A stretch of 56,652 nucleotides of DNA, the filler included, from Sphacelaria rigidula (lineage: Eukaryota): assembly GCA_964200075.2 (NCBI GenBank). It is 6 parts of 6 records of this genome, joined end to end, with 100 filler letters (N's around TTAATTAATTAA, not from the genome) between each part and the next. Parts side by side here need not be neighbours in the genome. Positions count along the whole stretch, not along the records: positions 47,295 to 56,652 come from CAXNAA020008686.1; 5 more parts are not named here. One strand, written 5' to 3'. The position numbers were made by a program, and so were the translations under genes. The stretch's first letter is position 1. Every line of letters begins with the position of its first letter. Below the pieces are notes generated by a model. That model did no database searches. It worked only from the letters and a program-made list of their open reading frames with translations, and was not told where the DNA came from. Below are positions 47,295-56,652 of this stretch, piece by piece.

Positions 47295-50200
47295 CTTTCC
47301 ACATCTATCCAGATCACGGAGCTCTTGAACAACTCGCTAAGGTTGGAAAACATAACTCCCGCGTACAACGGTGGCTGGAGTTCTTGGCTGCTTCCCAGTA
47401 TACTGTTAAAGACCGTCCGGGCAAAACCAACGGCAATGCTGACCTTCTTTCGCGGTTGACTCTGCTCCCTACAGCGGTAGATTTTAGTCCCGCTTGCCGC
47501 TTGACTGAACCTGATGAACCAGGCGTCTACCCCATTCGGCGTTTTTCTACGCCCATCTACGCGCTTGACCGGCAATGCCCTGAAACAGGTCTGCACATGG
47601 GGGGCCCCCGCCCTCTGCCCCCTGATGCAGTTTTGGATGGCTTAGCGCCCACAGCGGCTGATTTTGCCGACTTCCGCACTTTCGGCCCTCGCGCGAATAT
47701 CTCGGCGCCGCCACCACCAACTGGTCATCTCATCTCCGACAACACGCGTTCTCGGTCGGCAGCTCGCGCAAATTCTTCGCGTGCCGTGATACCATCGCCG
47801 CCGTCGGCCGCTTGTACCAATGCATCGCCGCCGCCGCCTCGTGCCCCCACGAGCCGTACAACACCTACCCCACACGACCGCGTGCCCGGTGTTATAGCGA
47901 CAAAGTCCGCGCCCCTTGTGCGCCCAACGCGCCGATCACGTTCACCCGTTCGCGCTACCCCACGTCGCCATCTGGGAATCTCCCTGCACCTGCATCTCTG
48001 ACTCGCGATACACATGCGTCAGACCCGCTTTTGGATCGAAATATTGACGTCGGCATCCCTGCTTCTTCACCTGTGCCACCCCCCCTGAGCCACCATGTTT
48101 GGTTGGCTCTCCGTCTGAAGGACAACTTCGAGAATTTCTTGCTAGCTACTCTCACCGCGATTGGGCTCGCGACCAACAACAGGAACCGCTCTGTCGCGCG
48201 ACGATGCGGTACTTACGGCTTAACTGCCTTTCCCGGCTGAGATCCTGACCCCCGTGGGCACTCTACCCGCCCCCACCGCCTCTGATGTGCTCGAGCTGGC
48301 ACGCAAAGGTACTATCTTCGCGACTGACAACGACGTTCATTTGCTTGTTCGCCGATCCAACTCCCGCTTGGGCACGGCTGCCGCAGTAACAACTGCCGCT
48401 CCGGCACATATGCGTCATGACGCCCCTATCCGCATCTATGCCCCTATCATGATGCGTCCGTGGGTCATGAAAGGCTGTCACTCAATTTGTCCAGCCATTT
48501 AGACGTCACGCGCGTGTTAGCGCTCCTTGAACGCTTTTATTGGTGGATCGGCATGGAAGCATCCACGCGCTTTTGGATCCGACGATGTTTCAAATGTCAG
48601 GCTCGCAAAAGCTCTCGACAGACTGTACGATGGTCGACGATTTCCATGGAGCTTCCAAACGCTCCTGGTCACTTCGTATCGTTTGACTACTTCGGCCCTT
48701 TATCCACCACTGACCGTGGTAATACCTACATTCTGCTTTTCACCGATCGTTCCAGCCGTCACGCGGCTATGTGCGCTGTTTTTGCTAGCGACTTCACTGC
48801 TGCCGGCACAGCGGACATTCTCGTCCATGACTGCACTAAGCACTATGGCTGCCCGAAACAGCTCCTCTCCGATAATGGTCAACAATTTTGCTCCGAACTC
48901 TCGGATGCTTTTGTACAAGCTCCTCGGCATTCGCAAAATTGCCACGAGCGCCTACCACCCCAACGGTAACGGTGGAACTGAACGTGTGAACCACACGATG
49001 GCTCATACGCTATTCATGGTCGTAAACGACCGTCAGAATGACTGGGACCTTCATCTTTCGCATGTCATGCTGTCTTACAACAATTCGGTTAACGCGGCTA
49101 CCGGTCTTTCGCCCAACGAGCTGCATCTTGGACGCTACCCTCGTCTGCCCATCACCGTTTTCGAAAGACATACCTTTGATGGTCACCAAGGTCTGGAACA
49201 GGATCAGATGTCCAACGACAACCTCGCCAGGGCTCGTCAACGCAAGGCTTTCACTTTGGTGCGCGAACAACACGTTATCAACGCCTCACGCCTTGAAAGA
49301 TCCAATACCGCTCTCTACAACTTGATGCACAAACGTCCTACTTGGAAAATCGTCGATTGGGTCTGGATCTACAACAGTTTGTCCACCATCCGTCGAGGCG
49401 CTGATCGCACTGCCCAGGCAACAGTCTTGAAAACGAAACTGTCCCTCAATTGGACGGGTCCGTTCAAAATTCTCATAGTCGGACCCTCGCCGACGTCTCC
49501 TGACGGCAAGACTGTTGGCGACAAACTCTTCTACCTCGATATACCTCGTGACCTCCAGGGATATGACGCTAAATCTTGCGTCTCTGTGCATCGTTGCAAG
49601 CCTTGCACGAACCCGCATGATACTACGGGCATGCCTGAATACCTACCTGCAGGTCTCACTCAACACGTGCTCAACAGCTACTCAACAAAATCTCCACCGT
49701 ACCACGTTACCACCGATGACGTGACTGAACAATCTCTCCGCTTGGCCGTGTCCCACATTTCCGGCCACCAAATCACTCGAGGTCCTGGCGGCAAAATTTC
49801 TGTTATGTACAAGACACACTGGCAAGGTCTTCGGCGTGCATCTTGGGAACGCGTGTCCGATTTTCAACTGCACCGTCGTGCTATCCTTCTCTATTGGACA
49901 TAATCCCCACAGCAACAGCTCGCTGACAACAAGGGATATCGCAACATGAGACGTGGTGCTGCGGCCCGCGAACTCCACCGCGACAAAGGACTACGTTTTG
50001 TAGCCATTGGTTACGAACTCGTACCCACCAAACAATGGGACGAAAAGATTCGCGCAAAACAAGAACCGCTGCCTAAAGATGCCTATTTGTGGTATAAGGG
50101 CAGCGATTACCTCTGGTGGCTAGGTCAGATCCACTCCGTCGATGTCCTCGCGGCCGACACGTACATCGTGCGTTTCCTCGACGACCCTGGGCCCGTTCAG

Positions 50201-50344
50201 CTCAAGCTTCGACCCGATTTATACACGACCAGCCCCTCCGCACCCCGCGGGTATTGGTGCCTACAACGCTTCAAGTCACACGGCTTACGCCGCGGCCTTC
50301 AATGCAATATCGATCGTACACACGACATCAATGCACCATCTTGA
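47295..50344 (+). mobile_element. Degenerate Ty3/Gypsy pol: RNase H end, Pro-rich linker, integrase (HHCC, DDE, GPY/F), chromodomain, extra C-terminal domain
   Basis: DHGAL..RVQRWLEFL..RPGKTNGNADLLSR; CH..H..C..C; SFDYFGPL, LLSDNG, SAYHPNGNGGTERVN; NWTGPFKI; YKTHWQG..SWE; frameshifts and an in-frame TAA at 49901. Confidence 0.93.
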
Positions 50345-52325
50345 GTCCTATCTCTTTGCACTCCCATTATCGCGATTTTCCTCTCTTCTCCCAGTTTGGT
50401 TCTGGTACTTCCCTTGTCCCCACTCAGGTGCGATCTCCTCTTCACTGTTTCACCTACAATGCTCCCCTATCGCGGCTCATCTCTGCTCTCAATGGCCTTC
50501 GACGACTTCCTCTGGACCCCCTTTGCCCCCTTCCATTGGCCTCTTCGCTGCCACCACTTTGTCTGGCTGGCACTCGACCCTATTCGGGTCCTTGAGTTTT
50601 TTGTTTTCCTGCTTGCGGTTGCCACTGTGTCCTTTGCGGGGTTTTACTTTGCTTCTTATCTAGCTAGCGCGTCAAAGCATTGTGTGCTTTTCCCGTCTGT
50701 TCGCTAGCTCGCAGCAGCATTGTGTGCTACTGCGCAGTCAACCGCAGTTGCGTAATTGCGCTTTGTGAGGCACCTTTGGTTTTTCTTGTTTGAGGTGTGG
50801 GAGGATCGGGCACGGGCTGGTCATTGCCCTCTTGTTTTGTTTTTCGCGTTGTCTCCTCATGACTTGATGGGTGAGACAAGCCTCAATTTTAGTTGCTCTT
50901 GAGATTTCATCGCAACTCAAATAAAGATTCGTCTAGGTGGGTGAGTGTCATGGGGAAGGAAGATAGAGAGGCGTTATTTGTTCCTACAGACAATTTTGGG
51001 GCAAGTTGGCTCACAGATCATTTCGATCTGTCCATTGGCTCTGGGGAAGATTGGTGGACAGACTGTGTCAGACGGGTGTACGCTAACCCCGAGAAGGTAA
51101 AACGCCTTCTTGGGCCGAGTTCAGATAGGTTGCGTTGCATGTACCTCATGCATCCTTGCTCACTCTCTTGAGCTGCCCTCGAGCTGGACCATTCTGCTCC
51201 TACTACTTACCTTTGGTGAGAACAGTACGCTAGGCGAGCAAGAGAATAACAAGTGAGAATTACGAGATATCAAGCCTTCAAGCTCCTTTGTTTATTTGCT
51301 ACTGTTGATCAACAGTCACGAGAACCTGTGCGTGTGAATCACATATCTGCAGCTTGTTCTTGCCGGACACATTGCACTTTGTGCACCTTGCCAAGCCTGC
51401 AGCACATTGATCTACCTAGGAAGGTGTGTGGAGCGTTATCCATACCGATCCCTATTACACTGGCGTTGTTGGCTAATTGCCGTGTCTTGCTTGGTTTTTC
51501 AGTAGCCGTTTACGCGTATTCTTGTAGCCTTGTTGCCTTGTCTAGCTGTCTTTTTCTGTAGCCCACGTTTGCTGCTTCTCATTTTTGGTTCACCCTGTAC
51601 TTTCCCTTTCGTTTATAGAAGTTTTTTTGTTTTACAGTCCCTCGTTTTCATTTAGCTTTTACAGTGCTTTCTTTTTGCTGTGTTACAGTACTGTAGTTCT
51701 GCATCCCTTCAGTTACATTTCATTTCCGCCGCAACCGCCACAATTGCGCTTCCCTCGCTGGCGCACTCGGTCTTTGTCCTTCTCCTGCTTTGGTCGCTCC
51801 TTTTGCTGAGCTGCACTCTTGATTTGTAGTGCCCTTGCTCTGGTGTCATCGTCCTTTCTGCCTCACATCGCTCGCCGAATATCCCGCCCAGCGCTGTGTC
51901 AGATTGCTTGTTATTAACCCTTGCGGACAGTTGACATGATACGTTACTGAACAGATCCAGCACACGCCGCTTTCATCTTACGGCACGAGCGACTACCTTT
52001 TTATCCTTGCTGGAGACGTTGACATTTGTGTACCGCTGCTGTGTCTATCGTGCGGTGTCCCCTCACCCTGACTGTTTAGTGTTCAGTTCACCGCTTACAA
52101 CGCACACGCTCATCTTTGCGGTGCGACAACTGTGTAGTAGCATCTGCCGCTCCATCGACTTGCAGTACTGTAGTGCACATTATATATCCTTCCGCACATT
52201 GTCTGTTCTTCCGACTACACGACACCTTCCCCGATTACTCCCTCGTGTCGGTGCTGTACTTCTGTCACCGCACACCCCCTCGGGTTTAAACAACTCCCCA
52301 GCCCCGCTTCTCAAACTTTCTGTCG

Positions 52326-52490
52326 GGTGTGTACTCCGCGATCGACTTTTATCTTTGGGTTGTGTATTACGCGACGCTCATTTCATCTTCTGTGTGTGTA
52401 CTGGGTGATACATTTTTCATCTCTCGTGTGTGTACTACGGGACACACTTTTCTCTTTTGGTTCTGTACTGCGTGATTCCCCTTTGGTTGT
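52326..52490. repeat. Degenerate ~33-bp tandem repeat, about 5 units
   Basis: Consensus about gtgtgtactacgcgatacacttttcatctt(t)gg. Confidence 0.65.
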
Positions 52491-53225
52491 ATCCTACGTT
52501 ATCCACCTTTTCCCTCTTTGGCGCTGTGCTACCTGGTTCGTTTAACGATTTACTGTTGTTTTTCGAAATTTCGCAATACCCTGTAATCCTTTCAGTTGGC
52601 GCCTGATCTGCCCCAACATTTGTGTTTCAGTTCGCTGCTCCAGCTGCCTCCTCTTGGACCCCTGCACTTGACTCCAGCGTTTCGCACCCTCGCTGCCGCG
52701 CTTTTGATTCTGTTTCTGTATTGAATTCCACAACACTATTTACACATCGCCTTCACTTTGGCCACGCCATCTACACTAGTCTTGGTGTCTACTTTCGCGG
52801 TCTCGAGTTGTGTTTACCTACACTTTCTGTGTGCGGTGTCCTACTTGCACCACTGAAGCACCGTTGTTCAGTGTGTGCCTGGCCGCTAAGCACCCCTATT
52901 GTATTTGACGTGCACAGTGCGCCGTCGGACATCTGTCCAAGTGTCCGCCTCCTTTCACAGTCGCCTCGTTGTTAGGTTTTGCTCTTGCACCACACCTCTC
53001 TTGCGACAACTATTGGCTTTGTCTGTAAGTTTGTTCCTTGACGACTATTAATGCTGTGGTACACCTCCAGTGCGCCTTCCTGCGGTCCCCCATACACGGT
53101 GTCCTCTACAGGTGTCGTATTTCTGCCGCAGCTTCCTCTCTTTTCGGCGTTTCGCTTCAGTTCTTCGTATTTTGCTCTGCTGTGTGCCCTTTCGGTACAT
53201 TAACAAATTGCCGCGATTACGCTGA

Positions 53226-56200
53226 TTGTTATTATCACCGCAGTTTACTCTACTTCGGTGTACCTCCATTTATAAATGTTGTAGTCTTTACCGCTTACAT
53301 TTTTCCCGGTACTTACAATACCCTGCCGAGCCTACACTATCTGCTATTATTACACCAGATGGTGTCTGGCGTCCATTTCTACCTCTTCAATTTAATATAG
53401 CGCAACCACAGAAAATAATTCTCCCCCCGGCCCTTCCTCCTTACAAATCTTTACGCCGTCAGCGTTTCCTTTCATCACTTCCTTCAGAACCATTCACTCT
53501 TACTTCCCCTGTACACGAAGAAGTAAAATCCGACAGAGCTTCGGCTCTCCACTCTGGTGACTACACGTCTCAAGACTTGGCTGCTACTGGTGATCACAAC
53601 CGCCATTTGTCCAAGACTTCCAACATGATCGTCGAGTCGCTACGCGCTCGCTCTGTTGCGAAACGCACACCGTCCAAGACTCCCGACATGATCGCCGAGT
53701 CGCTACGCGCTCGCTCTGTTGTGAAACGCACGCCGTCTCGGAGTTCCAACATGATCCACGAGCCACTACGCGCTCGCTCTGTTGTGAAACGCACACCGTC
53801 TCGGAGTTCCAACATATCTGCCGAGTCGCCACGCGTTTCCACTGCTGTACAACGCAAACCGCTCCAGGCTTCCGCCGCGGTTATCGACTCACTCCGCGCT
53901 CACGGTGTTGACGAACGGCATCCGTCCATGCCTTCCGACGTTTTCTGTACGTCGCACAAGGGTTCCGATGCCTTGCAGTGCCCGCGACGACACGACATGT
54001 ATCGTGAGGACCCTTCTGTTCACCAGCCCTCGCGCCGAACATTCTTCTCGCGTTTTGGCCGCTCAGAAGAGCCTTCCGCAGGGCACCTGCCTTTAGTCAC
54101 GGCTCTTGAGCACTTGCTCCGTTCATCACCGGCTGTCATTTCTGACGGTCCGGCGACAACTGCCCCTTCACAAGCGCGTGCGGTCGCGTTTCACACAGCC
54201 GTTCAACACTCAACGTCCTCAGATCATGTTCACTTTGACAGTAGTGTGAACCATCAGGCCTCTGTACCGGCGACTGTAGCCCATGATGTCGAAGGTTCGA
54301 CCTCAGATGTTCCCTTTGATTCGGATATGGATGGTGACGACACTGTCCACCATGGTGATCGTACCACTCATGTTCATGACGTGCATGCATTGCTATCAGG
54401 ATTATCATCGACCACGGGATCCTCACGACCCAAATCTGTCGATGAGACTCGGGTGAGTTCACGGCTGCTCACGAATGCTTCGTTGACTGACATCCACGCA
54501 CCCTTACGCGACGAACACAGCACCCACCGTGCCCTTTCGCCTCATCCGAATGCTGCCACTGTGCGTGCGGCGGAACGACAAATCGTAGATCTCCGGCGAT
54601 ACCTGCGATCTGCTCCTATCATGGCTGACGCCCCGGCACCTTCGACTACCGCTCCCATCGCAGCCCCTATACCTACTGCGACTGACATCGATACGGATGC
54701 AGAAAGCACCCGTGCCACGCCCTCCGTCCCCCGCGCGGCGACAACTGCGACTCCCGCCACGGCGGATCACGGTGACACCCCTGTCACGGCCGCTCCGGCG
54801 GGATCGGACCCTTCGCCGCAAGATACTCCTGCCACGAGTTCGGCTCCGGCGCCTGCGCCAGATGCTTTCACGGACGACCGCCCCCTGTTGGGCGTCGAGC
54901 ATTGCCCGCCGGGCCTTCTTCCCCGACTCTGGTTGCGTGGACCCCGCTCCGATCAGGAGCAGATTATCGAGGAATACCGCACCCTGCACCCGGCCACGCA
55001 CCCTTCGCCACCCTCACCCCGCCAAACGGTGGATGACGCTGGCCATCGTCTTCTCCATGACGACCCCTCGGTAGGTCTGACGCGCCAACGACAGGCGGTC
55101 GATTCGGTGACCAGCCGCCAGCGGGCGGCTCAACAGACTTTGACTGAACGCCTCGCAGCGCTAGACAAAATGCGCGACTCCATCCGGCGCGATGAACACC
55201 GTTTGCGTCAATGTACAACGGCCACGGAGACTGCCACCACGGCTCTACGCTCTCTAGAACAGGAGCAACACCTTCCTCGTCTGAGGACCACGCCGAGCGA
55301 GCCAGCGCCTGCACCTTCTGCCGCCATTTCCCGATCGGCGGAAGCACGCCAGCCCTCGCGCCCACACGCTGCTGCTGCGGCTCCTACCGCCTTGCCTGCG
55401 CGCACTCCGCCATCGCCACCGTAGGACCTTCAGGCCTCGGCGCCCCCCGCCCTCACACCTTGGCTCCGCCTTCAGGGCAGCGAACGGTCTTGGCTTTCTT
55501 GGACGCTACGCTACTTTTCGAGAAAGTACAACCGCAAGAATGTTCTCTGCGCCTCCGAGGAGGCTTGGCGCTCGCTTACTCTGCCGATCAAAAGCGTGAT
55601 CGTCCCTTTCCTTCAGCAAGGGGGACAGCTGCCTAACAACGACCCGGGCGCTCTCACTATCGAACGAACGACTTGTATTGTACCTAACGATCGGTGCTGG
55701 GGACAGTCGCTCCGCTTATGAGACCGCCGTCGCCGCCCTCTTCGCTGCTATGCGTGCAGCTCATACCACGCTGTCGCCCGACGATAATGGGGCCTCGATC
55801 ACACCCCACCCCTCTCGCCACCATCGTGATGGTGACGACTCTGACGACGACCCTCCCGGGGCCGCACCAAGCCGTGGTCAAGGAGCCCACCGCAACAACA
55901 ACAACGATCGACGCACAATTCGGGGCAGCCACAAACGGTCTGGTAATCAGTCTTCAAGTTCATCGACTGCCAGGCACCGCCAACACGCCTCAACGCGATT
56001 CGTACGGCCCTCACCGGCCGTCAGGCAAGTAACGCCCCCTTTGGCGGCTGCGTCTGCTCGCCTTTTAGGTCTTACTGATAGTGATCGTGATAATTCGGCT
56101 CGCCCTTTGTGTTTTACCTCGGCTCGGTCACTAGCTGCCGCCGCCACAGCCAAATAACAAGCTGCCGCTGATGAAGCCGCTTCCGATACTCGTAGAGAAG

Positions 56201-56652
56201 CGTCTCGTCTCGCTGCAATCAAGCGTGAGTACTTACAGATGGATGTCAAGAAACTTTGGCATATCAAAACCATGCCTGCTGCAGACAATGAGGACTCTGA
56301 TCAGTTCATATCCGCTCTCATTTCCTCAATGCGTCGAACGATGCGCAACATCCTTGAAATGGCCGATGCAACTGGACAACAATATTTCGAAGACTCCGAC
56401 TGGATTGAGCGATGCAAACCCTGTTACACAAGGCCTTGCATCGCTCAATCAACCGTCGCTCCCCTGACGTTGCTGCTTCTTTGACGCAGATTCTCGACTC
56501 CTTCTTCGCCGCAATGGATCAAGATTGTGCCGGCGGGCAAACAGCGCCGCTATTATTCGGCAATTTGGAAAGGTGTATTATAAGTTATGTCGTGGTCTGA
56601 TCACGAGGTGATACTGGCTTCACTCTCGAAGGACATGCCAGGCCAGGGGTGA
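53226..56652 (+). pseudogene. Long disrupted ORF, probably retroelement-derived (gag-like or accessory); repeat-rich, Pro/Thr/Ala-rich, with a coiled-coil segment
   Basis: 732 open codons (first ATG 53625); frame resumes after TAG 55422, shifts near 55680, resumes after TAA 56155 and runs towards the contig end; no splice pattern. Confidence 0.55.
53609..53860 (+). repeat. 63-bp (21-aa) coding tandem repeat, about 4 units
   Basis: SKTSNMIVESLRARSVAKRTP-like units starting at 53609, 53672, 53735 and 53798. Confidence 0.9.

Overview
Eukaryotic, repeat-rich nuclear DNA, most likely a brown alga (inferred from splice-site style, intron-rich genes and the TE families; not proven). The window is not one locus. 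It is six contigs of 9,358-9,359 bp joined by identical artificial 100-bp spacers (N44-TTAATTAATTAA-N44), so nothing can be inferred across the spacers. Genes: four spliced exons of an SPFH/band-7 HIR-like gene (41.4-47.0 kb, +); two coiled-coil exons (24-25 kb, -); a multi-exon gene of unknown function with a ~2 kb low-complexity exon (28.7-33.4 kb, -); a small putative spliced gene (5.4-6.1 kb, -). Mobile DNA: a degenerate Ty3/Gypsy pol (RNase H end, integrase, chromodomain, then an extra Tudor/PWWP-like domain) followed by a second long disrupted ORF; LINE RT fragments; a tRNA-derived SINE; Helitron-like ends; many MITEs (Stowaway-like, piggyBac-like, foldbacks). The best leads are (1) the possible dual chromatin-reader Gypsy integrase, (2) a MITE family carrying telomere-like repeats and a hairpin with compensatory changes, (3) a very abundant modular G-run repeat with permuted module order, and (4) repeated Helitron tail-microsatellite-head junctions. 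No CRISPR, rRNA or intact tRNA gene was found.
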